From Candidatus Bathyarchaeia archaeon (GTDB taxonomy: Archaea > Thermoproteota > Bathyarchaeia > Bathyarchaeales > Bathycorpusculaceae): 64,000 bases of DNA. The notes beneath the pieces were generated by a model. The model did not search any database. It was not told the origin of the DNA and was given only the letters and a program-made list of their open reading frames with translations. Of this stretch, positions 49,682 to 59,242 are shown one piece after another. Every line of letters begins with the position of its first letter. The stretch's first letter is position 1. Position numbers and translations under genes: made by a program. Location: positions 30,660 to 94,659 of the forward strand of contig JBEKHN010000009.1 in the NCBI GenBank assembly GCA_050012255.1. The letters run 5' to 3'.

Positions 49682-50047
49682 CTAGCGCCTTCGACTCAAC
49701 CCGTATAGAGCACCGATGACGATGAGTATCCCAAAGATTATGATGGCAAACGGCCAAACGCTGACGCTACTAGAAATCAGGCCTGCCTGTTGCATAAGCA
49801 CTATGACACCTGCGAGTAAGATGATCACGCCTATGGCCATCCCAACGATTACGCCGCCCCTCGGGATGCCGAAGCACTCGTATTCCATCCGCCTGTACGG
49901 TTCGCCCTGTCTGCGCGTTCCCCAGCATTCATTCTCAACTCGACCCTGCCCCTCGCGTTCACCAACTGCATACAGTGAAGCTCCGCACTGTGAGCAAACC
50001 TTAGCATCGTCAGGATTCTTGGTTCCACATTTTGTACAGTAAACCAT
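49682..50047 (-). CDS. Zinc-ribbon membrane protein
   Basis: YCTKCG.KNPDDA.VC..CG, ECFG, two TM. Confidence 0.88.
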   Translation of the reverse strand: MVYCTKCGTKNPDDAKVCSQCGASLYAVGEREGQGRVENECWGTRRQGEPYRRMEYECFGIPRGGVIVGMAIGVIILLAGVIVLMQQAGLISSSVSVWPFAIIIFGILIVIGALYGLSRRR

Positions 50048-50085
50048 AAGGCCTCTCCGTTCTAGTCATTCGCGGATGACACGTA

Positions 50086-50517
50086 TTAAGACTTTTGGTG
50101 AGGCGGACCTTTTTCAGCCTGGCCTAGGATCTGCTCCAGTTGTTCTTTGTTGAGTTCTAGACCGTGAACGAATCTTCCATGACGTTTTGAATCCTTCAAG
50201 AATGTCTGCTTGACTAGCAACGGCTTCTCAAACCGCTTGACATACTTGAACTCTATGGCCCTTTTCCAGCTGCCTCTTTCACATTCGAGCCTGTCTTCTT
50301 CGGATAACGCGCTCCTTTCGGCCACGTGGTCAACCACGCCGTAGCCGACCAAAGCGTCTCCAGTTCGGGTTTTGTGAATGAACAAAATCGCTTGTCCAGA
50401 CTTCCACCTTCTTTTCATGTTGGTGTAATAGATTGCCATTTCAAAAACGTGGTCGACCCATTGTTCAGTTGCTATTCTGAGAATGTAGCCCGCGACTTCA
50501 GACTTCAAACTGTCCAT
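50086..50517 (-). CDS. EVE/PUA-like domain protein
   Basis: G..ILFIH, LVGYGVV, IEF..VKRF.KPL, EL..EQ..QI pattern. Confidence 0.6.
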   Translation of the reverse strand: MDSLKSEVAGYILRIATEQWVDHVFEMAIYYTNMKRRWKSGQAILFIHKTRTGDALVGYGVVDHVAERSALSEEDRLECERGSWKRAIEFKYVKRFEKPLLVKQTFLKDSKRHGRFVHGLELNKEQLEQILGQAEKGPPHQKS

Positions 50518-50524
50518 CAATTGA

Positions 50525-51568
50525 TCATGGGATGATTCCGATCTTTATTTCGCTTTTGGAGGTTGAGAGAATCTGAAAAGCCTCTTTGATGTCTTCAAGT
50601 CTCATCCTTCGCGTTATGAGCGGTCTCACGTCAATTGTCCTTGAGGCTATTAGGTTCAGAGCTTTTCTGAAATGTAGAGGAGTCGTGTGAAATGTGCCTA
50701 GAACCGTCAACTCGCCGTAGTGAAGCTGTTCAGCGTTAACTTTGACCTCTGTGCCAGGAGGGCAACCGCCAAACTCTAGGACAGTTCCGCCTTTCTTGAC
50801 CACTTTCATTGCTTGCTCCCAAGTTGCAGGCACGCCTATCGCTTCGATTGCAACGTCAGCGCCGTACCCGCTTGTAAGGTCCCTGACTCTTTGTATTACA
50901 TTTTCTCTTCGGCCGTTGATAGTCTCATCGGCGCCTAGCTTCTTGGCAAACTCCAGTCTTTCATCCACAAGGTCAATCATTATTGTCTTTTCAACGCCCA
51001 TCTTCTTGACGGTTAGAAGGTGAAGTAGTCCTATTGGCCCAGCACCTATGATCGCAACAGTGTCGCCGAGTCTGACCGCTGCTTCCTCAACGCCGTGCAG
51101 AACGCATGCCAAAGGCTCGGTGATCGCGGCCTCTTCGTAGGATACGTCTTGCGGGATCTCTTGCATGTTCACCAGGACCATGCGTGCTGGAACCTTGACG
51201 TACTCTGCGTATGCTCCCCAGAGCCAAATCATGTTCTCGCAAAGATTGTACTTACCCTTCTGGCACATCGTACAATGCAAGCATGGTGCGCTGTTACCGG
51301 CACGTACACGAGTGCCTTCCTCCGGCCACTCGAGCCCTTCGCCGACTTGAACAGCTTCGCCTGCCCACTCGTGGCCAAAGATTGTTGGAAGCTTTATCAC
51401 GTTCTCAATGTAGCCTCTCTGGAAGATTTTCAGGTCTGTGCCGCATGTTGTGGCCGCTTTGACTCTCACAAGAACCTCACCAGCTCCGGCCTTCGGAACT
51501 TCTGCCTCCTCCACTCTCAGGTCTGTCACGCCGTAGAGCATCGCTGCCTTCATTCTTTCGTTACTCAC
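50525..51568 (-). CDS. Zn-dependent alcohol/polyol dehydrogenase
   Basis: CGTD, GHE, C..C..C..C, EPLAC, GAGPIG. Confidence 0.93.
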   Translation of the reverse strand: MSNERMKAAMLYGVTDLRVEEAEVPKAGAGEVLVRVKAATTCGTDLKIFQRGYIENVIKLPTIFGHEWAGEAVQVGEGLEWPEEGTRVRAGNSAPCLHCTMCQKGKYNLCENMIWLWGAYAEYVKVPARMVLVNMQEIPQDVSYEEAAITEPLACVLHGVEEAAVRLGDTVAIIGAGPIGLLHLLTVKKMGVEKTIMIDLVDERLEFAKKLGADETINGRRENVIQRVRDLTSGYGADVAIEAIGVPATWEQAMKVVKKGGTVLEFGGCPPGTEVKVNAEQLHYGELTVLGTFHTTPLHFRKALNLIASRTIDVRPLITRRMRLEDIKEAFQILSTSKSEIKIGIIP

Positions 51569-51610
51569 TTTTCAGCACCCTCAACAGCCATAGTGTCAAT
51601 GTCACAGCAA

Positions 51611-52030
51611 TTAAGGAAACTGGCCTAACTTTCTCACGGCTTCCTTCTCGTTGCGCCAGTACAACAGCCGATTGGCGTTCTCAATCTGCGTCCAAGCGTA
51701 ACCTGCAAGTTCTGACTCCTGAAGTCTCACGGGTTCTCTGGAGTCTGCCTTCACTAAGAAACTGGACACCGTGTGTCTAATCTCGTTGAAAACAAACTCG
51801 TACTTGTGGACCTGATCCATTATCTTGATATTCTTCAGACCAGTCTCTTCAAAAATCTCCCGCCTAAGCGCTTCAACTTCTGTTTCTCCCTCGTTGACTC
51901 CGCCCTTAAGAAGTCTCCAGCGTAGAGTTGTGGCCCTTCTGTCCTTCTTTTGGACCAGCAGGACAAGTCTTCCGTCTTTCTGATCGAAGATGACACCCTC
52001 CACTTCGTTTCTGACGTTCATGGGAAGCAA
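51611..52030 (-). CDS. NUDIX hydrolase
   Basis: Nudix box GGVNEGETEVEALRREIFEETG. Confidence 0.9.
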   Translation of the reverse strand: MLPMNVRNEVEGVIFDQKDGRLVLLVQKKDRRATTLRWRLLKGGVNEGETEVEALRREIFEETGLKNIKIMDQVHKYEFVFNEIRHTVSSFLVKADSREPVRLQESELAGYAWTQIENANRLLYWRNEKEAVRKLGQFP

Positions 52031-52040
52031 CCCGTCTCCT

Positions 52041-53066
52041 TCACTTATTCAAGATGACCACTTTCAAGCTTTCTGTGCTTTCCAGGGCTGTTCTGAAAGC
52101 TTTTGCGGCGTCTTCCAGCTTGAAGCGGTGGGTTATTAACTCCTTTGCTTTTATCCTGCCGGACTCAATGAGGTGCAACGCTGTTCGCGTTTCAAGGTGC
52201 GATGTTGAATAAGACGGTATTATCTGGGTCTCAGAGAAAAACAGTTCTCTCGGGCTCATTCGTAAGTGAGCAGCCGCATTGGTGGGAGCGAAAACGCAGA
52301 GCTTGCCGCCTTTCCTGCAAACATTGATCCCCGCCCTGTACGCCTCTAAGTTCGGTGCGGTGACGACCGCTATGTCCACACCTCTGCCCTCAGTTATAGA
52401 TCTGACGACCGCCGTTAAATCCTCCTTGTTTGGATTGACAAGCATGTCTGCTCCAAACTTCCTCGCGAAATTCAATCGAAAGTCGATCAGGTCGCTCACG
52501 ATCGTCGTTGACGCACCGTAGATTTTTGATAGAGCCGTGTGGATCAACCCAGTGGGTCCTGCGCCGATTACTGCAACCGAGTCCCCCACCTTGAGATTGC
52601 ACTTGTTGAGGGCTCTCACACAGCAGCCGACGGGTTCGATGAGAGTGGCTTCTTCGAAGGACACGTGTTCTGGGATCTTTAAGGTGTCAAGCTGAAGGTT
52701 TGGAGCTGGAACTTTGAAGAACTGTGCAAACCCGCCGGGCTTGATGTTAGTTTTGTGGAACTGTTCGCACAAGGTATAGTCGCTGTTCAGACAGTAGTGG
52801 CATGTCATGCAGGCAACGTGGTGATGGACAAACACCCTGTCTCCCAAGTTGACCTCTTCAACCTTCTTTCCCTTCTTTGCGATTATTCCGGCAGGTTCGT
52901 GTCCAAGGACAAGAGGGGCGCGAGGTTTGAGATACCAGTCCATGAGGTCTGAACCACATATCCCGCAGGCCTTCATCTCAACGAGGACTTCATGATCACC
53001 AATTTCAGGTACAGCAACTTCCTCTATCCGCGTGTCCCGCGAACTGTAGTATACGGCGGCTTTCAT
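52041..53066 (-). CDS. Zn-dependent alcohol/polyol dehydrogenase
   Basis: CGSD, GHE, CMTCHYC..C, GAGPTG. Confidence 0.93.
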   Translation of the reverse strand: MKAAVYYSSRDTRIEEVAVPEIGDHEVLVEMKACGICGSDLMDWYLKPRAPLVLGHEPAGIIAKKGKKVEEVNLGDRVFVHHHVACMTCHYCLNSDYTLCEQFHKTNIKPGGFAQFFKVPAPNLQLDTLKIPEHVSFEEATLIEPVGCCVRALNKCNLKVGDSVAVIGAGPTGLIHTALSKIYGASTTIVSDLIDFRLNFARKFGADMLVNPNKEDLTAVVRSITEGRGVDIAVVTAPNLEAYRAGINVCRKGGKLCVFAPTNAAAHLRMSPRELFFSETQIIPSYSTSHLETRTALHLIESGRIKAKELITHRFKLEDAAKAFRTALESTESLKVVILNK

Positions 53067-53198
53067 TTCAGTTCAATGGCTCTTCTTTAGCTCGGCACTT
53101 AAAACTTTCCAAGTGCACGATTAGTGAAAAGCCTCAAGGCTTCCTTGCAAGCGTCAAACCGGATGACGCAGAATGCTTCAAACGGTTAAGGGCTATTA

Positions 53199-54305
53199 TT
53201 AGAAACTCGAACTTTTCTCTAATCCGTCTTTGATTTTTCGGAGGAACTCGGCTGCGGGAGCGCCGTCGATTACCCTGTGGTCGTAGGAAAGGCTTAGCAT
53301 CATCACAGACTTGACCTCGACCTTGCCGTTGACCATCGCCGGCTTTTCAGCGATTCTTCCAACCGCGAGTATAGCAGCTTCTGGCGGGTTGATTATTGGA
53401 ATGAAAAAGTCGACTCCGTACATGCCTAGGTTAGTAACAGTGAAAGTTCCTCCGGTCACTTCTTCTCTCGACAATTTTGCCAGCTGCGCCTTTTCGGTCA
53501 GCTCCAACACTGCAGCGTCAATGTCCTTCAAGGTTTTTTGATCCGCGTTACGTATAACTGGGACGACTAGGCCGTTTGCTGTGGCGACGGCAACGCCCAC
53601 GTTCACGTCCGCGAAGATTTTTATTCGGTCGCCTTCGAGAGTTGAGTTTACGATGGGCATTTCGGTCAGCGCTGTTGCTGCGGCTTTTACGATGAGCGCG
53701 GTATAGGATACTTGGAGTCTTTCATGAAGCTCTGTGGCTTTGGAAACATCAACCTCCATCGCAACCGCACTGTGCGGAGCTGTCCTGAAGCTTATGGAAA
53801 GCCGTTCTGCAGTGGTTTTTCTGAAACCACTTAAGGGTACGACTTCTTTGACCTTGGGCTGAGCTCCGCCTTTCGGTTCTATGAGTCCGATGACGTCGTC
53901 CTCTACGATTCGTCCTTCAGGGCCACTTCCATGTACCTTTGATAACTCGATCTGATGTTCTCTTGCCAAACGTTTGGCTGCTGGCGAAGCGACAACTTGC
54001 TTCTCACCCTCAGTTTCGGCGGTCTGAGGGGCTTCAGCCTGCGCCATTATTTCAGGGATGGTCTCGTCACGCGTCCCTATTATGGCTAGGACGGCGTTGA
54101 CGGGCGTATCGACGCCTTCTTCAACTAGGATCTTTCGGATGATCCCTGAAGATGATGCTTCCAAGTCGTAGGTCGCTTTTTCAGAGACTATTTCCGCAAT
54201 TGGTTCTCCTTTTTCGACGGCTTCGCCTTCCTTCTTGTACCACTTGCCCACGGTGCCCTCCTTCATCGTTAGGCTGAGTCGGGGCATCACGACGGTCGTT
54301 GGCAT
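53199..54305 (-). CDS. Dihydrolipoamide acyltransferase (E2)
   Basis: Lipoyl domain SEKAT, ASPAAKRLA/GSGPEGRI E3-binding region, DHRVIDG; start set at ATG 54305. Confidence 0.92.
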   Translation of the reverse strand: MPTTVVMPRLSLTMKEGTVGKWYKKEGEAVEKGEPIAEIVSEKATYDLEASSSGIIRKILVEEGVDTPVNAVLAIIGTRDETIPEIMAQAEAPQTAETEGEKQVVASPAAKRLAREHQIELSKVHGSGPEGRIVEDDVIGLIEPKGGAQPKVKEVVPLSGFRKTTAERLSISFRTAPHSAVAMEVDVSKATELHERLQVSYTALIVKAAATALTEMPIVNSTLEGDRIKIFADVNVGVAVATANGLVVPVIRNADQKTLKDIDAAVLELTEKAQLAKLSREEVTGGTFTVTNLGMYGVDFFIPIINPPEAAILAVGRIAEKPAMVNGKVEVKSVMMLSLSYDHRVIDGAPAAEFLRKIKDGLEKSSSF

Positions 54306-54306
54306 T

Positions 54307-55281
54307 CTAGACAACCTCCTTCACGGCTCTGATTATCGCTTTCTCATTCGGAATTACGAACTGCTCCAAAGGTGGGCTGAATGGAATTGGTGTGTCCGGT
54401 GCCGTCACACGTTTTATCGGCGCATCCAAATAGTCTATGGCTTCTTCGGCGACCACAGCCGCAATCTCAGCGCTCACGCCAGCTGTCTTGCAATCTTCGC
54501 TTACTATAACTATTCTTCCAGTTTTCTTGACAGAATCGACGATTGTTCTTTTATCTAATGGTGTCAAGGTTCTTGGGTCAACGACTTCTACGCTTATGCC
54601 TTCTTTTTCAAGGCTCTCAGTCGCTGCCAAGGCTTTATGAACCATAAACAGAGTAGCGACCACCGTGACATCTGACCCCTCCCTCTTGACGTCCGCGACG
54701 CCGAAGGGAATCAGGTACTCCTCTTCTGGAACATCTCCTTCAACGGGGTACAGCAACTTGTGTTCACAGAAAAAGACAGGGTTGTTCCCGCGTATAGCTG
54801 TTTTCAAAAGTCCCTTTGCGTCACAAGGTGTCGAAGGCACAGCCACGTACAATCCTGGAACATGCATAAACCATGCTTCCAAACTTTGAGAATGATGGGA
54901 AGCGATGTTGACGCCTGCACCGAAGGGCGTTCTGATAACCATCGGACAGCTCGCTTGGCCTCCGAACATGTAACGTATCTTTGCCGCTTGATTCGCGATT
55001 TGATCCATAGCAAGGGCAGTCAAGTCTCCAAACATGATCTCTGCAACAGGCCGCATACCCGTTATGGCAGCACCCACTGCCGTCCCAATTATGGCTGACT
55101 CAGAGATCGGTGTGTCCCTGACCCTCTCGTCCCCAAATTCCTCCGCCAAACCCTCAGTGACCTTGAAGGCTCCACCCCAGCACCTGCCGATATCCTCTCC
55201 CAGCAAGAACACAGTGGGGTCTCTTCGCATCTCTTCTCTCAAGGCTTCACGGAGCGCTTCTCGGTAGGAGATTCTCCTCAT
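54307..55281 (-). CDS. 2-oxoacid/acetoin dehydrogenase E1 beta
   Basis: GEDI, DTPISE, DQIANQAAK, HSQS, EHK. Confidence 0.93.
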   Translation of the reverse strand: MRRISYREALREALREEMRRDPTVFLLGEDIGRCWGGAFKVTEGLAEEFGDERVRDTPISESAIIGTAVGAAITGMRPVAEIMFGDLTALAMDQIANQAAKIRYMFGGQASCPMVIRTPFGAGVNIASHHSQSLEAWFMHVPGLYVAVPSTPCDAKGLLKTAIRGNNPVFFCEHKLLYPVEGDVPEEEYLIPFGVADVKREGSDVTVVATLFMVHKALAATESLEKEGISVEVVDPRTLTPLDKRTIVDSVKKTGRIVIVSEDCKTAGVSAEIAAVVAEEAIDYLDAPIKRVTAPDTPIPFSPPLEQFVIPNEKAIIRAVKEVV

Positions 55282-55296
55282 GTGCTTCCCCTCCTT

Positions 55297-56262
55297 CTAG
55301 CCATAGACGTCTTCCAGAGCCTCTTCAGGAACAGGATAACGGCCACCCAAGGCAAACCTTGCGGCTTCATCAACTTCAGCCAAGGCTCTCTTTTCTATCT
55401 TTTCAATCTCCTCCGCCGACAAAGTATTGTCTCGCAGCATCCTCTCCCTCAGTTTTTTGACAGGGTCTTTGGCTAACCATTCTTGAACCTCTTCCTTAGC
55501 CCTGTACTTGGCTGAGTCGACACGAGAATGTCCCTTATGTCTGTAAGTTTTGCATTCGATGAGCGTTGGGCCCTCACCGTTTCTTGCCCTGTGAACCGCT
55601 CTGCAGGCCGCTTCATAAACATCCAGAACGTCGTTTCCGTCAACGACTTCACCTGGCATTCCATAAGCCACAGCGCGGTCTGCCACGTTCTGAAGCTTCA
55701 TTATCCTAGACTGACGCGTTCCCATGGCGTAAAGATTGTTCTCGCAGACAAAAATCACGGGCAAAGACCATGCCGACGCGAGGTTCAAACTCTCATGGAA
55801 AGTTCCTTGGTTTGAAGCCCCTTCGCCGAAAAAGCATGCTACCACTCGGTCTTTTCTCCCGAGCTTTATCGTCAGTCCAGCGCCGACGGCAATCGGTAAT
55901 CCAGCTCCAACGACCGCAGTGGCACCCAGCATGCCAACGCTGAAATCCGCAATGTGCATCGAACCCCCTTTCCCCTTGCAGTACCCAGTTTCTTTGCCCA
56001 GAATCTCAGCCATTATGCGTTTCAAGTCTGCTCCCTTGGCTATGCAGTGCCCATGGCCCCGGTGTGTGCTCGTGATGAGATCATCTTTTCGAAGGCCGCT
56101 GCAGACGCCGACTGCTACAGCCTCTTCACCAGCGTAGAGGTGTATCGTGCCCGGAACAAGGTTCTGGCCGTACAGCTCGAAGACCCTCTCCTCGAAGAAG
56201 CGGATCTCTAGCATCTTCTGGAACATGTCAGCAAGCAGTCCTCTCGACAGGTTTGCCACCAT
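55297..56262 (-). CDS. 2-oxoacid/acetoin dehydrogenase E1 alpha (TPP-dependent)
   Basis: HLYAGEEA, THRGHGH, GKGGSMH, GEGA..N..ENN, TYR..GHS; start set at ATG 56262. Confidence 0.93.
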   Translation of the reverse strand: MVANLSRGLLADMFQKMLEIRFFEERVFELYGQNLVPGTIHLYAGEEAVAVGVCSGLRKDDLITSTHRGHGHCIAKGADLKRIMAEILGKETGYCKGKGGSMHIADFSVGMLGATAVVGAGLPIAVGAGLTIKLGRKDRVVACFFGEGASNQGTFHESLNLASAWSLPVIFVCENNLYAMGTRQSRIMKLQNVADRAVAYGMPGEVVDGNDVLDVYEAACRAVHRARNGEGPTLIECKTYRHKGHSRVDSAKYRAKEEVQEWLAKDPVKKLRERMLRDNTLSAEEIEKIEKRALAEVDEAARFALGGRYPVPEEALEDVYG

Positions 56263-56440
56263 TCGTCTTCCCAACCCTTGGCGTGATGGTTCACTTCATA
56301 TAGACCGCCTGCACTCTTATATTAATCTGTGATTGAGCATAGCTTAAGGAAAGAGTTCAAAGTCATATAGACCGATGCAGGGTAGAGTATTTGCGAACAA
56401 CGCTCAGGGCGTCACAAACAGAGTTTTGGTGAGATGTGAT

Positions 56441-57664
56441 ATGCAGAAATCCTATTCGAGGCTGTTAGGCATAGTGGGAAAGCCCAACACGGGCAAGTCG
56501 ACTTTCTTTAGTGCAGCAACTCTTGCGCCGGCCGAAATAGCAAACTACCCCTTTACTACGATAAAGCCCAACAGAGGAGTAGGCTACGTTCGAACCCCCT
56601 GCGTCCACGAAGAGTTTAACGTCAGCGACAATCCTGCTAACTCCATCTGCATGAGCGGCGTGAGACTGATCCCCATAGAGTTTATCGACTGCGCGGGGCT
56701 AGTGCCCGGTGCATGGGAAGGAAGAGGCTTGGGCAACCAGTTCTTGGACGAAATCAGAAAGGCGGATGTGCTGATTCACATCGTTGATGCCTCTGGAGGG
56801 ACGGACTGCGAAGGGAGACTCTGCAAACAGGGCGAGCATGATCCTCTGGAAGACGTGCGGTTCCTGGAACATGAGATAACAATGTGGATGGCGACCATAC
56901 TGAAAAAGGACTGGCCCAAGATTGCGAGAACAACAGAAGCCGAATCTAAAGACCTTTTCACTATGCTAGAAGAGCGTTTGAGCGGCCTCGGAATAAGAAG
57001 AGGCCATCTTATTGAAGCGTTAAGGAAAACAGGCTTGAGCGGCGAGAAGCCAACGTTTTGGAGTGACGAAGATTTTCTGAAGTTTGTAGATATGCTTAGA
57101 CAGGTTTCTAAACCATTGTTAATCGTTGCAAACAAGATGGACATTCCCACTTCACAGGCGAACTTGGAGCGGTTAAGGGAATCGAACCGCCTTATCGTCC
57201 CAGTCTGTGCAGAGGCGGAGCTTGCGCTGAGGCGAGCCGCTGAGAAAGAGCTGATAGACTACAGGCCCGGAGACTGCAACTTCAAAATAAACGCGCCTGA
57301 AAGACTCAGTGAAAGTCAAGTCAAAGCCTTGGAAATCATAAGAGAGAAGATCCTATTCGACTTCGGCTCAACTGGGGTTCAAGAAGCGGTGAACATGGCT
57401 TTTTTCAAACTCTTGAACATGATAACAGTTTATCCTGTCGAAGACTTGGAACACCTGAGCGACCACGCGGGAAGAGTGTTGCCTGACGCTTATCTTGTGC
57501 CGTACGGCACGACTGCACGTCAACTTGCCTACATAATTCACACAGAGTTGGGAGAGGGCTTCATACACGCGGTTGAGGCGAGAGAGGGCAAGCGAGTTGG
57601 CGAAGACTACGTTTTAAAGGACAGAGATGTCGTCTCGATAGTGAGTGCACGCAAAAGAGCTTAG
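56441..57664 (+). CDS. ychF: Obg-family YchF-like ATPase/GTPase with TGS domain
   Basis: GKPNTGKST, YPFTT, DCAGL, NKMD, IHTEL; start set at ATG 56441. Confidence 0.92.
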   Translation: MQKSYSRLLGIVGKPNTGKSTFFSAATLAPAEIANYPFTTIKPNRGVGYVRTPCVHEEFNVSDNPANSICMSGVRLIPIEFIDCAGLVPGAWEGRGLGNQFLDEIRKADVLIHIVDASGGTDCEGRLCKQGEHDPLEDVRFLEHEITMWMATILKKDWPKIARTTEAESKDLFTMLEERLSGLGIRRGHLIEALRKTGLSGEKPTFWSDEDFLKFVDMLRQVSKPLLIVANKMDIPTSQANLERLRESNRLIVPVCAEAELALRRAAEKELIDYRPGDCNFKINAPERLSESQVKALEIIREKILFDFGSTGVQEAVNMAFFKLLNMITVYPVEDLEHLSDHAGRVLPDAYLVPYGTTARQLAYIIHTELGEGFIHAVEAREGKRVGEDYVLKDRDVVSIVSARKRA

Positions 57665-57670
57665 ATGTTC

Positions 57671-58453
57671 TCATTCGCCGAAACGTCTCTTGCGCTTCTG
57701 GAAAGTCCTAACAGCCCTTAAGAGGTCTATCAATCGGAAATCAGGCCAGTAGACATCTAAGAAACACAGTTCGCTGTAGGCAGACTGCCACAACAAGAAG
57801 CCGCTCAGCCTCTCCTCGCCTGAAGTTCTGATGATCAGGTCTGGGTCTTGCTGAGGCATGTGCGATGTGTAAAGGTACTGCTCGAACGTTTTCTCGTCTA
57901 CCTTCTCGGGGTTAAGCCTGCCTTCGTGCACCTGCTCAGCGATCTTCCTAGCTGCGTCCACAATTTCGGCCCTTCCACTGTAAGCGAAGGCGAAGTTCAG
58001 GAAGTGTTCATCATAGTGCTCTGTTGACTTCTCCACTTCCCCTATGAGCTGCTGCAGGTCTTCAGGTAAGAGGTTTACTCTCCCGATGACTTTGACGCGG
58101 ACCTTGTCTTTGCGTATCCGCTCATCTGTCAGAAGCTCGCGAAACCGCTCACCCGCGATCCGCATGATCTCTTCAACCTCATCGGGTGTGCGGCGAAAGT
58201 TTTCTGTAGAAAAAGCGTAGAGAGTGACGGATTTGACGTCCAGTTTCAGACACCAGTCAAGCAACTCTTCAACTTTTTCTGCACCTTTCTCGTGTCCAAG
58301 CCATGGGTTAAGAACGTTCTCCGATGCCCATCTTCTGTTCCCGTCAAGAATTATGGCTATGTGCTCTGGCTTTTCACCGCTTTTTACTTGGCGCCACAGC
58401 CATCCTTCATAGAGCCTGTAAACGCCGACAGCAGACAGCAACGTCTTGAACAC
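57671..58453 (-). CDS. uppS: cis-prenyltransferase (polyprenyl diphosphate synthase)
   Basis: HIAIILDGNRRW, YAFSTENF, IRTSGEERLSGFLLWQ. Confidence 0.96.
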   Translation of the reverse strand: MFKTLLSAVGVYRLYEGWLWRQVKSGEKPEHIAIILDGNRRWASENVLNPWLGHEKGAEKVEELLDWCLKLDVKSVTLYAFSTENFRRTPDEVEEIMRIAGERFRELLTDERIRKDKVRVKVIGRVNLLPEDLQQLIGEVEKSTEHYDEHFLNFAFAYSGRAEIVDAARKIAEQVHEGRLNPEKVDEKTFEQYLYTSHMPQQDPDLIIRTSGEERLSGFLLWQSAYSELCFLDVYWPDFRLIDLLRAVRTFQKRKRRFGE

Positions 58454-59242
58454 TTATTCAAACCTCGCGCTTCGAAGTGCACTAGCACAATGGCAAGCTT
58501 CCTTGCGTTCAATGGGTAAACCCCTGATGCTCTCAATTAAGAGTTTCTCCAGCTTGGGCATGATCTGCTTGGAAACCCTTGAAACGTCATGGGCTGAAAG
58601 CCCCTTTCGTATTCCAGCAGCCATGTTTGATACGTAACATGCTGACGCGTAGCACATTTCAAGCTCTCTGGCCAAGGCAACTTCTGGAAAACCAGTCATC
58701 CCTACGATGTCGCAGCCCAAGCGCCTGAACATTTCTATTTCTGCGGGCGTTTCTAAGCGAGGGCCTTCGGTGCAGACCATCACAGCCTTTTTCCGCACAT
58801 GCAATCCAGTCTTTCTCGCCGCGTTGAGCAGGAGCTTCTGCATTTGTGGACAGTAGGGCTGTGAAAAATCAACGTGCGTAACCGGTGCTTCGTCATAGAA
58901 AGTTGTACACCGAGCTTTTGTGAAGTCCACAAAGTCGTGAGGGACAGCAATTTGGCCAGGCTTGAAATCGCGGTTTATGGCGCCAACGGCGTTTGTGGCG
59001 AGGATTCTTCTGACACCAAGCGTGTGCAGGGCCCAGATGCTTGCCCTGTAGTTTACTCGATGGGGAGGAACAGAATGGTTAGGTCCATGTCTTGGGAGGA
59101 TAGCCACTTGTTTGCCTCCCACTTTTCCAATTGACACAGGAGGAGCTGTTCCGTAGGGCGTCTTTATGATTGACTGTTCTGGCCCTTCGAACAACTTCTC
59201 GAGTCCTGACCCGCCTATGATTGCAATTCTAGTTTTCAGCAA
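58454..59242 (-). CDS. mtnP: S-methyl-5'-thioadenosine phosphorylase family
   Basis: IIGGSG, TPYG, PRHG..H..PPH.VNYRA, EGPRLET.AE, VGMT. Confidence 0.92.
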   Translation of the reverse strand: MLKTRIAIIGGSGLEKLFEGPEQSIIKTPYGTAPPVSIGKVGGKQVAILPRHGPNHSVPPHRVNYRASIWALHTLGVRRILATNAVGAINRDFKPGQIAVPHDFVDFTKARCTTFYDEAPVTHVDFSQPYCPQMQKLLLNAARKTGLHVRKKAVMVCTEGPRLETPAEIEMFRRLGCDIVGMTGFPEVALARELEMCYASACYVSNMAAGIRKGLSAHDVSRVSKQIMPKLEKLLIESIRGLPIERKEACHCASALRSARFE

